DNA of 64,000 nt from Diplonema japonicum (lineage: Eukaryota; Protista; Euglenozoa: Diplonemea): assembly GCA_964019335.1 (NCBI GenBank), contig OZ025677.1:124001-188000 (forward strand), given 5' to 3'. Position 1 is the first letter of the stretch. Each line of letters starts with the position of its first letter. A program made the translations under genes and the position numbers. This document shows, in pieces, positions 35,254 through 47,645 of this stretch. The notes beneath the pieces are model-generated. The model searched no databases. It saw nothing but the letters and a program-made list of their open reading frames with translations, and was not told the origin of the DNA.

Positions 35254-36981
35254 CCACTAAAGGACCGGGGGTTTTGGCGAAAAAAGTGCCAAGGACCGTC
35301 TATTTATGAACCCGGGAAAAAAAAATGCGAGAGTTTAACCATAGGAAAGTACACAACACCCTTTAAAAAGCACGTGACCCAGGGGGTAAAAAAAAACAGT
35401 TTATTTTCCATGCAGGGGGGCTTACTTAGTGCTCATACGGGGTCGGGAGAGGAAATATACGACAAAGTACTGAGCATCACGAGCAACTTTGCTCAACCCA
35501 CTCGAGGGCGCTTGGGCGGAGGACAGCCTCCCTCGCTTTTCTTTTCTTCTACAGATGTCGATTTTCTTCCAACATTGGGTCCTGGCGGAGAGCAGAAGAA
35601 CTGGTAATTAGAATAAAGATTATCCATTGTAACCCAGTGACCACGATGCTCGAACTGTCGCAGAAGACAGGGTACCGTGTCCTTCGGGTCCCCACCAGAG
35701 TAAATTCTAATGTTAAGCGCGCACCCTGTGCATGAATGCGGCGGAGTACACCTTAAAGCCATAGCGCTTGCGTTTAGCTGGTTGAAAAATGCTGTGCTTA
35801 AGGCGGGAGAAGGAGCGAATCAATGCTCAGCTCTTGACCGGGGGTGGTATGCAGCTTTCCAGCTGGGGGAGTCCGGGAATGCAGCATCTCCACTTTTGAT
35901 AGTGTCTCGTTGCCCTGTGAGCCAAAGTGGACACAACAACGGCCTATGTAAGGCGTTGCAATCTCTTCCTTTGTAGACCAGTAGTACTTGACGCCCGCCC
36001 TGCAGACTTCGTCCATCAAGGCGGGCAGAACCCAGACAGCGATCCAGGTGTTCAGTTGTACCACATCTGCGTCGAATGTGGTGCCTTGGATGTGGCATAC
36101 ACCTGATAATGGACCTCAGCAAACTGTTTGTGATAAACAAACTGAAAAGTTGTAGCCTATCCATGTTGCTGTTTGATGTTGCTGGACCCCTGTACCCATG
36201 TCATTTCTTGGCCGGTATACGGTTGATATTTGTCCCCCAACGCACACCACCCTCATCTGAGGTGGTGCTGGGGCTGGAAGAAGCACTTCTGAAGGTCCTG
36301 AGAAGCTGCTCTCAAATAATAAGTACAAAAGGACACCAAGCAACCCTCTTGGGGACGGGTTTTTGTGTTTGTTCTTCGCGCAAAAGGGTATTTCAAATAA
36401 AAAGTTGTCTCGATTTTAGTGGTGCCATGCAGTATGTGACACAGCGGCCACCCTTGTGAAACTTCGCCCCGAAGCCTCCCAAGTCCCCTGTGGTCCCGTA
36501 GAAAGTAAAAGTGGAGAGGTAAAGAAAGCTTGGAAATTGAAATAGGGAGAGGGGCCACAGAAGCAATTAATATAAACACCAACTAGAGAGTTGTGGGAGG
36601 CTTGCTTCACTGGCACGATGCCGCGGGGAGGCTACTTGCCTGACCTGGTGAAGCCACCTCCTTGTTCGATGTAATGGGATAAGGGACTCTCCGTTGAGGG
36701 CGATGCTAACTGGCGCCACGCGTAGGGTGGGCTCTCCACCCCCGTCCAGGTTTCCCCACGTGTACGGCTTTAGAACGAGAGTTTCCCTTTCGCTTGTGTT
36801 TCTCCAAACCACAATTACCAGGAACCACCACAGACAGGGAGGTTGGAAACATTGGTCCCCAAAAAAAAAATCGCGGAACAATGGGTCTTAGTAAAGTCCA
36901 GGGGCTGTGTGGCACAAAAAGTGTCACATAGAAAAGATAATTTTTCTTAAGGACACATATGTCCTCATGGTACTTTAGTGG
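35254..36981 (-). mobile_element. Internally deleted, decayed piggyBac-type DNA transposon with TIRs and TTAA target-site duplication
   Basis: TTAA at 35250-35253 and 36982-36985; 13-bp TIR CCACTAAAG(G/T)ACC. Frameshifted transposase fragments LQLFSLFITNSLLRSII, VKYYWST, PGQELSID, FQPAKRKRYGFKVY, NIRIYSG, GHWVTMDNLYS, and a terminal PPPKRPRV. Confidence 0.85.
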
Positions 36982-37156
36982 TTAAAAATAATTCTTTATG
37001 ACTATATGTCTTTGTTGTTCGAGCAAAAAAGGTTTTTAAAAAGCTGCGAAAGTTTTTTGCTCGGCACAAGTTGCATATAGTTATAAAATCATTTTTTGAA
37101 AGATAACAAAAAAAAAAAGAAAAAAAGAAAGGAAGAATCGCTCTGGCCACTTGTCA

Positions 37157-38410
37157 TCAAACCTTCCGTGGCGGCATCTCCACATCCACAGGTTCCGTCT
37201 TTGGTGTGGCCTTCTTAACTCTGTAGCAGTACAAAACTACGGCAGCAGCAACAAGCACTCCGACCCCCCCAAGTACCGCCAGGACAACAATAACTGTTGT
37301 CACCGAACTACTATCATCGTTCGGACTTGGTGTAGGCACTTCGGTAGCAGGTGCATCAGTCCCTGGTGCAGAGCACGTGTCACTGTAGTAGTTTTTGTAC
37401 ACCTCTGTCGCTCCATTAGTTGTGTCCTTCCACACAATAGTACTGTTGAAGCTCTCCACCACCCAAGCGGGGGTGCGTGTCACCTGCCCTGCCGTCACCG
37501 CAAGGCTCGATTGCGTAACAGTACAGTAACTAGACAAGACAGAGCCACGGATAACGTACCTCGCACCAGCCTCATCCACGTAACCCCCGCTCATGCCGGG
37601 GAGGGGTGCAGGAGGGGGTGTCACTGCCTTCAAAGCCGCATCATGGAGACTCGGGAAGTAGTCAGGGTTCACAGTGACGTAGCCAGGCTTGTAAAGGGTG
37701 CTGGTGTCGGCAGGTATCCCGAACATGGTGTAGCACATGGTGAGGGCGATGAGGTAGGTTCCAAGGGGGTCGGGGTGGCTCTTGTCAGCATTGTACAGCT
37801 TGTAGAAGAGGGTGTTGGGGTCTGTCCCAGGGTCGGCGCTGCTGCTCTGGTCGTACACATGGCTGAAGGCGGTGCCCGCATGGGCAATGATGCTGTCCTC
37901 AGGTGCCATGCAGCCCTGGCGCTTCGTGATGTCCGAGTACAGCTCGTACCCATCGATGCACATGCTTTGCATGTTCTTGTAAGTGTCTCCGAACAAGCTC
38001 AGCCCCTCCCTGTAGCCCCATGTCTCGTACATCACGATCTTCGCAGAGGAGGCCTTCGCCGCAGGGGAGAACAGGTCCACCATTGCCTTGTAGGCAAGAT
38101 TCTTGTTCTCCCAATTCCATGTATCGCATGCAGGGCCTGTCTGGCTTTGATCTTGCAAGATAAGGTAGTCAAAGCCCCCTGCATTCAGCCGTGTGATCAC
38201 ACCGTTGTCCTGCGAGGCCTGTCCCAGGGACCGCCCTCCGGCCACTTTCGACTCCACTGTGATTGTGTGTCCCATGCTGGCTGCAACCTGCCTCACAACA
38301 CCTGGCATGTCACCCCCATAGGTGAATGAGTTCCCAATGAACAGGAGGTTCTTCCCATCTGCTCCGCAGGGCACCCACAGCAGCAAGGCAAGCAAGGTCA
38401 TTCCGTGCAT
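37157..38410 (-). CDS. Membrane-anchored SGNH/GDSL-type hydrolase, paralogue 1 (short stalk)
   Basis: Signal peptide; LLFIGNSFT, GGRSL, DYLILQDQS, YETWGY, DKSHP; C-terminal TM. Confidence 0.85.
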   Translation of the reverse strand: MHGMTLLALLLWVPCGADGKNLLFIGNSFTYGGDMPGVVRQVAASMGHTITVESKVAGGRSLGQASQDNGVITRLNAGGFDYLILQDQSQTGPACDTWNWENKNLAYKAMVDLFSPAAKASSAKIVMYETWGYREGLSLFGDTYKNMQSMCIDGYELYSDITKRQGCMAPEDSIIAHAGTAFSHVYDQSSSADPGTDPNTLFYKLYNADKSHPDPLGTYLIALTMCYTMFGIPADTSTLYKPGYVTVNPDYFPSLHDAALKAVTPPPAPLPGMSGGYVDEAGARYVIRGSVLSSYCTVTQSSLAVTAGQVTRTPAWVVESFNSTIVWKDTTNGATEVYKNYYSDTCSAPGTDAPATEVPTPSPNDDSSSVTTVIVVLAVLGGVGVLVAAAVVLYCYRVKKATPKTEPVDVEMPPRKV

Positions 38411-39702
38411 TTTGAAACCTGTGAACGAAGGTACTAAAGAGGAAAACGAGAGAAGTATTATATCAGGCTACTACTACGACGCGCGCCGTTGCGCTGTCCG
38501 TGCCAGGCCAGGGCACCGTGACCGCAAGAAGCTTACGGGCGATGCCATGCATCAGAACACAATGAAAAAAGACAATGAAAGAAGGGGGACGAAGTTAGAA
38601 AGTAAGCAAGTGACGAGAATGAATAAATCAAATCCAGCCGTTATTGGTTTCCTCTCTTTTTTTCCTCCCCCTCCCTCCCCTTTCGCCTGATTCTTCCTAT
38701 TCATGCTAGTAGCTAAAACGAAAAAAGAAGAAAGGGAGAGAGCAAAAAAAAAGAGGGGGGGGAACAATGCAACAAAACAATGCCCCTGCGAGGATGTCAG
38801 GGGAGAGAGCTAGAAAGGTGTGTGGACTTAAAGGAAGTCTTTGTGAGCCACTCCCTTTTTTTTTCACAGTACTGTTACTGATAATGTAAAGCATTACGAA
38901 GCAAGCCGGAACAAGACTACTGTACTTTTGGTCAGGCACACCCCGAAGGGGCATATTTAATTCACGAACAGGGGTGGGGGGGGTAATTCTATTATCCGGA
39001 CGATGATTCACGTTGTAAATTTATTTACAGAAAATGCTCAGACCACTCAGTATATTACCAAAAGGGATGTGGGTGGGTGGTCTCGGCTCTTTATTCGTGT
39101 AATAAAAAAAAAAAAACCGCTTTTTTTTTTTTTTCCTCTTTTTTTTCCTCGTCGTTGCAACGTCATTCTTTCTTGAAATCCCCAACCCCTCAGTGGGAGT
39201 TGAGGTTTTCCTCTTTTTTTTCTTTTTTTTTTTTTTTATACTTCAATTTTTTTTTTTTCTCGATTTTCATTTTCGTTTATGTTTCTTTTTTTATTTCACT
39301 CTGCTGAAAGTACATCACGGCGAAGGCCGCCCGATGGCTTCAAGTACATGAGAGCCGAGGGAAGACGCCGGCTGCCTAAGTGAACCTACTTTTCCTTCAG
39401 CACGTCGTAAAGTACAATAGACCTTTGTGCCTTCGTGGTGAAGTAATATCAGAGTGTCTTGAAATAAAACCGCTTCCCTTCAATTTCCGTCTTCAAAAAG
39501 GGCAAATTACATATGGTAACCGCCAAGAGAGGAAAAAACAGAAAAGAGAAAGAAAAAAAAAGAAAAAAAATAGAGAGAGAGGCATGAGTGGGGCACAGTC
39601 CCCAGCATTGCGTCCGTTCTTCTTTTTTTTTTTTTTTCTCGTTCTTTCCTCTCTGCTCTCAGAAATTTAATCCCGAGAGATGCTGTTGTCGCCTAGTGTT
39701 CG

Positions 39703-41154
39703 TCAGACAGAAGCTTCCCAATAAGTCATTTCTTCAGGTTTCGCTGAAGGAGTGTTATTCCAGGTGACCTTCTTACTCTTCCAGTAGTAAAATGCAACAG
39801 CAACTGCAAGAAGCACGATGACCCCTCCAAGCACCGCCAGGATAACTGTAACAATTGTCATCGCACTGCTGTCATCATCAGCCGACGTAGGCCATGGGGT
39901 GTAGCGCATAGGTATCGAAGTGCCATGTGTGGGCGTTGCTGTGGGTGCTTGCTGCGGTGCACCAGTTGACGGAGCTGCAGTTGATGGAGCTGCAGTGCGC
40001 GGTGCAGCAGTGTGCGGTGCCAGGGTGGGAGTCGCATTGGGACCGACCGGCTCTGTTGTCACTGGTGCATCGGTAGGTGTAGGTGCCACTGTTAGTGGGG
40101 AAGCCGTGGCAGGGCACGTGTCATTGTAGTAGTACACAAGCTTCATCACCTCGCCTGTGGTCTCCTTCTTCCACACTACACCTTCCTCCGTGAAGCTTTC
40201 CACCACCCAGTCAGGAGACCGAGTCACCTTCCCGCCCACCACCTCGAGGTCTGCCCGGGCAGTCGTGCAGTAACGCGACAAGACAGAGCCACGGGAAACG
40301 TATCTCCGGTCAGTAGCCTCATCCACGTAACCCCCGCTCATGCCGGGGAGGGGTGCAGGAGGGGGTGTCACTGCCTTCAAAGCCGCATCATGGAGACTCG
40401 GGAAGTAGTCAGGGTTCACAGTGACGTAGCCAGGCTTGTAAAGGGTGCTGGTGTCGGCAGGTATCCCGAACATGGTGTAGCACATGGTGAGGGCGATGAG
40501 GTAGGTTCCAAGGGGGTCGGGGTGGCTCTTGTCAGCATTGTACAGCTTGTAGAAGAGGGTGTTGGGGTCTGTCCCAGGGTCGGCGCTGCTGCTCTGGTCG
40601 TACACATGGCTGAAGGCGGTGCCCGCATGGGCAATGATGCTGTCCTCAGGTGCCATGCAGCCCTGGCGCTTCGTGATGTCCGAGTACAGCTCGTACCCAT
40701 CGATGCACATGCTTTGCATCTGTTTGTAAGTGTCTCCGTACCATTCGTGTCCCTCCCTGTAGCCCCATGTCTCGTACATCACGATCTTCGCAGAGGAGGC
40801 CTTCGCCGCAGGGGAGAACAGGTCCACCATTGCCTTGTAGGCAAGCTTCTTGTTCTCCCAGTCCCATGTATCGCATGCAGGGCCTGTCTGGCTTTGATCC
40901 TGCAAGATAAGGTAGTCAAAGCCCCCTGCATTCAGCCGTGTGATCACACCGTTGTCCTGCGAGGCCTGTCCCAGGGACCGTCCTCCGGCCACTTTCGACT
41001 CCACGGTGACTGTGTGTCCCATGCTGGCTGCAACCTGCCTCACAACACCTGGCATGTCACCTACATATGTGTACGAGTTCCCAATGAACAGGAGGTTCTT
41101 CCCATCTGCTCCGCACAACGCAAACAGCGCAACAAGCAAGTACAAAGAGAGCAT
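39703..41154 (-). CDS. Membrane-anchored SGNH/GDSL-type hydrolase, paralogue 2 (medium stalk)
   Basis: Same motifs as paralogue 1; TAAP stalk; TM. Confidence 0.85.
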   Translation of the reverse strand: MLSLYLLVALFALCGADGKNLLFIGNSYTYVGDMPGVVRQVAASMGHTVTVESKVAGGRSLGQASQDNGVITRLNAGGFDYLILQDQSQTGPACDTWDWENKKLAYKAMVDLFSPAAKASSAKIVMYETWGYREGHEWYGDTYKQMQSMCIDGYELYSDITKRQGCMAPEDSIIAHAGTAFSHVYDQSSSADPGTDPNTLFYKLYNADKSHPDPLGTYLIALTMCYTMFGIPADTSTLYKPGYVTVNPDYFPSLHDAALKAVTPPPAPLPGMSGGYVDEATDRRYVSRGSVLSRYCTTARADLEVVGGKVTRSPDWVVESFTEEGVVWKKETTGEVMKLVYYYNDTCPATASPLTVAPTPTDAPVTTEPVGPNATPTLAPHTAAPRTAAPSTAAPSTGAPQQAPTATPTHGTSIPMRYTPWPTSADDDSSAMTIVTVILAVLGGVIVLLAVAVAFYYWKSKKVTWNNTPSAKPEEMTYWEASV

Positions 41155-41273
41155 ATTTAATTCTGCGGTAGATTGACAAGAACGGCAAAAGAACTGTCAT
41201 ATGAGGCTTGCTCCACGCAGGAGAAAGAAAAGGAATGTGAGAGGAGAAAATGAGAGCAAGAAGGAAACAAAAC

Positions 41274-44200
41274 TCGATAAAATTTCAGTGTGCATGGGGG
41301 TGCTCACTGTTCAGGTAGAAATTCACACTAATCGGTCACCGTTCTGCGGTTGCTGTCTGGTGCCTGCGGTGGCTGTTTGTCGCGATGAGATGGACGGCAT
41401 CTGGGCGAGAAACATTGCTTGGAGTCGTGCTAGGTAGGGGGGGGTTTGGCTCGAGGAGAAGAGTGGTCTCCTGTCGTAGCCGTGTGCCGTCGGGCCCCCA
41501 AGATGTCGAAGGGTATGCACCCTTGATTTGGCGTTGGCGGGGAAGGCTGACCTTCCACAGCGTGCTGAGCATTTCTGGATGCGACCCAAGATGTATCGCA
41601 TCCTTGCGGCCTTCTCCGTGAGCAGGTCTTGATCGTCGAGGGGACCTATGAGTGACCGGCGGGTGGTCTGCTCATAGTCTATGGCGAGTTCCATTGTCGT
41701 GACGGAAGTTTTCTTCTTACCATCGTACCATCGTAGGCCTCTTAGCCACTTGAGGACGTTCTTCAAATGAAATGTCAGGACCGCGCCTGACGCCCCGTTC
41801 GCCTTCAGCAACGCTTCTGTCGGAACATCATGTTGCCTCCCTGTCGTTACCTCATCCCAAGGGGTGGAGGTGAGCACTCTCTTGCTTTTTTCCGCTGCTC
41901 TGGCGTCACGGACCGTCACTACTTTCAGGAGGTATTGTTGCACCATCCTGGCACGTTCTTTCCCTGCTTTGTCGGCTCCTCTTGGGACTATCCCGTGAAG
42001 GGCTGTGGCAGCTGGGAGGCCTTCTCGCTTCACCTCTGCGTATTGCTCGCTTTCCAACACACTCCTTGCCGGCTCGCACTCCCACAGTGCATGCTCCGTC
42101 ATGCTGGTCGTTGTCTGGGACCGGTGGTCGCAAACGTCACACGCTAATGCTGGGTTTTCCACACCAGGGCCATCCAATTTTCTCCCTCACACCCTCGGGT
42201 GAGTCGTGAACACTGCACCACTAATGATGCGCCGCAACCTAAAGGACACCAACGGTCTCCGGGCCTGGAGCTTTTTCCACCAATAGTTCGTGGACGGGCA
42301 CGCGCCTCCATCCCCACGAAGGTTGATCTCTTCTCGATCAGCCTCTTCGCAACTGCCGGTCTGATGGCTTGCCTCACTTTGTGAGCCACCGCTGTATCTC
42401 CGTGCAGGTCGGCCACAAAGGACCATCCCTTCCCCAGAAAGGGGAGCCATCTGTTCCGCAGGACTCCAATCGGACCCATCACCTCATCGTCATCACGGTC
42501 CTGGTATAGACCAATGATCTCACCAACACGCTGCCGCAAACGCGGAGAGGCCAGGCTCTCCCGGACCAAGCTGTTTATCGTTCCGTAGATGACCTTCGAC
42601 AACGGATGTGCCGTATGCCCTGGCAGCAGAACGTTCAGTACAGACACGGGGTTTCTCATCCCGAACTGGGGGCCCCACAAGGAGACCACTGCCGCTGTAC
42701 ACATCTTCTTCAGCTGGTCGTCCGAGGGGGCCGCATACGTCGCTCCGTACAGACACGACGGTAGCACAGTGCTCGTCAACATCGTCGACTTGTTCTCAAA
42801 CCCTAGTGGCAAAGCTCCGAGACGGGTCAGGCGTCCCTCCGCTGCGTCCAGCTTGTCCAGCCTGTGATTCCCATCCATGTTCAGGTTCACGCCAAGTGAT
42901 TTGATCTCCCTAGCTACCTTGAACGAGGAACCGGTGCATACTAAACTAGGGCCGATCTCGTTTTTCGTCGAGAATCCCTGCGACTTCTTTCCGTTGAGGC
43001 GCATCTCTGTCCGGTCCCCGAACTCGATCACCTTGTTGGTCGCCCTTGTCAGGACCTCCGCTAAACGCGCCAGGAGGTACACGTCATCCGCGTACGAATG
43101 TGACCAAGCTCCTGGTACTTCCGTCATCACGCACTTCACCATCACCGACACCAAGGCGTTCACCATGATTACCGAGATGGGGCACCCTTGCAGGATACCA
43201 TTCGTCACTCGGAACTCTGAGCCAACACCTGTCGGGAAACGGAATCGCCGCTTCAGGTTCGCATACATAGCTTTCAAGGGGGTCAGTATCCGCTCGTGCA
43301 AACCGAGATCTTGCATCAGGCCAAAAGCTATCTGCTGTGGGACTCTGTCGAAGCACTTGACAAAATCCAACGCAATGTCGTTGAGAGGGGTGCCTGTCAA
43401 CAGCGCCTCTTCGAGCTGTGTACTGAGCTCCATCAGAATGCTATCCGTGCCTCTCTTCGGTCTGAAACCATGCTGAGAGTCGTCGATCCACTTCTCTTGC
43501 CACAGCGTGATGTCACGCAGCCTCGCACATGCCCACAGCCGATAGACCGCGCTCGTGACTGTGATCGGCCGATGGTTCAGAGGAGTTCTCTCGCCACCCT
43601 TCGGGATCAACGTCACCAGCGCTGTCAGGAGTGCTTTCGGCCACTTCCCTGTCGTCTCGATCGCGTTGAACAGCTCGGCCCAAGCATCCAGCAGTACTCA
43701 TCAGACCCACCTCGCATCTCGGAAGCTGCGGGAGCTTCGCTAGCACCTTTACAGCATTCGCCCAAGTCCTCAGCAGCTGCTCCGGCATGTTGCTTGCTAG
43801 TCCCCTGTCGAGCAGATCTTGGACTCCCGCAAGGATGTGTGAGACTTTCCGCTTCACCTCGGCGATGCACTTCTGCCAGCCCACTGCCGCACCTGTCGCC
43901 TCAACCACAGATTTCGCCGACAGGCACTTCTCCTTTGGTTGTCGCGCCACGCTTCTCCCGACGTAGGCCCTCCGTCTCACCGCTGGCAGGTCCCCGATGC
44001 AGCATTCCTCCGAAACGCAAGCTAACGTACTATACGCATCGTCAATGTCGCCGTCGCCCAGCTTCTGCGCAAATCCCCCGACCTGTAGCAGCTCAGCAAC
44101 TCGGTCACCATCAGCAGCTTCCATCGGCAGCTCCCTCGGGACGAAGTATTTCCTCGTCATGCCCTTGAGGGCCGGGATCCGGAGCTGGATTGAGAGGCAG

Positions 44201-46030
44201 TGGTGCTCGTTGGTGTAGACTGCGTCGTGTACCCACACCTTCTGTAGGCCTGCCGCCGCGATCGGGTTCAGCAGAACGTAGTCGATAAGCGTCTTCGTGT
44301 TGGTGGCCTGCCTGGCAAAGGTGTGGCATGGTTCCACGCCATCCCTCTCGGCTTGCAGCATAGCAGCATCCACCCAATCGCTCCCCACCGCCTGTTGTAG
44401 CACTCCCGACTGTGACACCGCGGTGTTGAAATCGCCTGCCACGATGATCGGTACGTCACCGAGGACGCATCTCATCTTGTTCAGGACCTTATCCAGCAGA
44501 GCCTCCCGCTGGTGCTTGCCGTGACCGCCCGAGTGACAGTAGACTACGATCAGGTGTAGCCACATATCTCGACCATCTAGGTTGATCATCGAGTGTACCC
44601 ACCTGTTGTCGTCAGCTCTTCTTGCCGTATCTTTTACCAGAGCAGGTCGGCGTCGCTGCACCAGCAGACCCACCCCGCCCCTCTTCGCCTTATCAGGAGA
44701 CGCGAGTCCATCGACCACGATGCCTGGTTGCGGGCTCCCCCACAACGCGCGATACCTACCGTCGTCCTCGACGTGTCTCCCAACCATCTCCTGACCGTGC
44801 TCCGTCAGCTTCACTTCCTGCAGGCATGTCACGTCGCTCCCCATAGCCAGGACCTCGTCAACCTTGTTGCTCAGGGACCCCACATTGAGTGTGGTGATTA
44901 TGAGCGAATCGGGGTCCCTGGCGCCACCTGACTGGACGTCCCTCCGGACGTCCCAGTCCGCACTTCAATTGAACTCGGTGTCGATGTCCTGGACAGCCAG
45001 GGGGGCGACCATCGGGGTTAGCTGCTGCTGCACAGGTGTCCCGCCAGCTGCCGCGGCGCAAAGGGGGGTGCTGTTGGGCATGATCATCGGCGTCATCTCG
45101 CTAGTGGGCATTGCCGGGTCGCCGTGCCTTGCCGTCACGTACAGGCGCCTGTACGTCTTGCCACGTCCCTCGTTTGTCACCAGGAGGACCTCCGCCATCT
45201 TACCGCAGAAGTAGGGTAATCGTCCCCAGGAAACCACCGTCGCCGCTGCCGTCCCCTTCAGCCACTCTGCCGCCTGTCGCTCATCACCCTGCGGCACCAG
45301 GTACACCGCGCGCTCTTGCACCGTCTCCGGGCCCTGCCACTCCTGCACGTGGACCTGCCACTCATCATCTCCATCGAGACACCCCTCGACGGGCTTGCGT
45401 ACTTCTTTCTTCTCGGGCTTCGAACCACCCTTGGCCACGCTGCGTAGAGGAATGGGGTATCTCGGCCTCGGCTCATACTCATCTGCGTCCGGCTTCCTCG
45501 CTCCTTCCTCCCTGCTGAGACACACGTAGTGGTCTCTCACATACCCTAGCCACAGCTCCTGTGTGGTCACCATCCCACCCACCGGCCTGGAGGTGGTGCA
45601 CACCAGGCGGTCGTCCCGGACCGCGTACACACAGATCACGCGGCCCATGGCTCGCGCCAGGGCATTCACCGCCATCCGGTCTCCCCACGTCCCCGGAAGA
45701 GCCACCAGCCGCTGGTACTCCTTCCACGCCCCCTCCGGGTCCTCTCCAATCATGAAGGACGAGAAGTCCTTCGTCGCCAGGTCTGCCGCCACTGCCTCCC
45801 TTAGGGCAGCGGCACCGTCTCGCGCTCCGTGCACCGCGTATGAGGCTGCCTCATACAAGCAGTCTCCCGGCCTCCTCCCCACGTCTTGGACCCTCCAGCC
45901 CATCCCCAGCCTGCCGGCTAGGTCGCCCACCGCTTCTCCTTGCCTGGTGGATTCGCCAGACCCCCCTTTTGGAGGAGCCTGCCCAGGAACCGCCCTCGTG
46001 GAGGCTCCACCTCGGCCTTTGGTGGCATTT
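41274..46030 (-). mobile_element. Decayed non-LTR retrotransposon: OTU protease - AP endonuclease - RT - C-terminal zinc-binding motif
   Basis: OTU GDCLYEA...WGDRMAVNALA...YVRDHY. APE LIITTLNVGSL, CLQEVK, AGDFN, IDYVL. RT LIPK, RPITV, QHGFRP, DFVKCFDRV, GILQGCPISV, SYADD. C-terminal CDVCD...EHALWEC. Lesions: in-frame TGA at 44965-44967, deletion/frameshift near 43697, further frameshifts near 42300 and 42190. Boundaries are approximate. Confidence 0.9.
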
Positions 46031-46754
46031 TGTCTTCGCGATTTTTGATGTTAAAAACCCGAAACCCAGTGTTCCCAAAAAAAATAAATTGAGAAAACTA
46101 CTTCTACGAAAACGAAACAAAATCGTTCACCGGTAGGGTGAAACTATTGGCACCTCGGAGGGGGGAAGAAAGGGGCATAACTCACTGTGATAGAGAAACG
46201 AAATAGTTACCAACATTCCACTGGTGCGGGTGCCTCTGAAGAAGTGAGGCAAAAAGGGGGGGTGTTCATCAGTGGCATAGGGAAGCAGATACTTTCTTGG
46301 GGCAAGTAACTCCTTGTTTCTTTTTTGTTTTATTTTGTTTTGTTTTTTTGGTTCCTTTCTTTTTTTTTTTTTTCGTTGTTTTCCTCATAACTGAAAGAGA
46401 ACAAAAAAGAAAATCGTGAAAAAAAGAGATAAAGGAGTCCAGTAGTGGTGGCGCCCTTTGTCGCCCTAAATAAATATTCTTTCAGGATTTTCAGGGGGGG
46501 GGGGAGGGGCATATCATCCTATGAAATCGGAAGTAAAAGATTAAAACAATGCACTTTTTAATACTTAAACTATCTGGACACACAAACAAAAAAAAAAAGA
46601 AGAAAATAAGAAAATGTCATTAACAAATTGCAAAGAACCCCCCAAAAAAGATATAAAAAGACGCACACCTTTTGCCGCACGGCCATGATGATGCAATGAC
46701 CAGTTACCTCAGGGGCACTCCCCCCGGCCTAAACCAGATCGATCACCGTGCAAA

Positions 46755-46793
<39 letters not shown>

Positions 46794-47645
46794 TAGAAAG
46801 GGTCACCGAATTTGTTCGTGACTGTGTCACGGCGGAAGAGGGAAAAAAGACAAATCATATATATGAGTTAAAGGAAGTCTTTGTGAGACGCCCCCTTGTT
46901 CTCATCCACTACCTGCACCTGTCCCCAAATCAAAAAAAGCTTAAATAAAGATGAAGGTGACACGTGAAAACAAATCAAAAATAAGAAGAAATTCACGCGT
47001 GGCTGTCAGACTGCAACCGTATAACAGTGACCTCACTAGTGCGAATTTCTTCCAAATAAGAAGTATTAATAGTACGGACTCGAGGGGGGGGGATGACGGG
47101 CAACAGCTGTCGGTTGATGAACCTTAAAGAGAGAGCAATGTAGAAAATGAAATAAAAAGAAAATAAAAGGAATACCCCCCCCCCCCCCCCCACGAGAATT
47201 GATGAAAGCCATCTCTTCGCGGGAAGATCAACATTTCTTTTATTTATTTAAAGGGCCTTTCCGAATTCAACAAAGAAGTCGACCGAAGCCAAGGCCTGCC
47301 AAAAACATAACAGAATTGTGCTTCTTTTTTTTTTTTTTTTTTTTTTGCCTTTGCTGTGGACGGGTCTGGAGTTACTGTTCACTCCTCTCATTTAAGAAAA
47401 CAGAATAATGGTACGATGGCAGTGCATCAGTGTTTTCTTCTTCTTCTTTTTTTTTTTTTCTTTCTTTCTTTCTTTCTTCTTCCTTTTTTTTTTCTTTTCG
47501 TTGTAGACTATTGGGTATTGAGGCTTTTCAAAGGCATGAGTGGGTGGCAGCACGGTCCCCAGCATTGCCTCTATTTTATCCTCACATTCCAGGAATTCAA
47601 TCCCAGAAGAGTCCCCTCCATCTTCTCTTTTTTTTGGTAAGCTTC

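Noticed and set aside
41330-46132. aatcggtcaccg (41330) / aatcgttcaccg (46121) as the retroelement TSD
   Set aside because: Imperfect match, and the left copy overlaps the end of the element ORF; may be chance.
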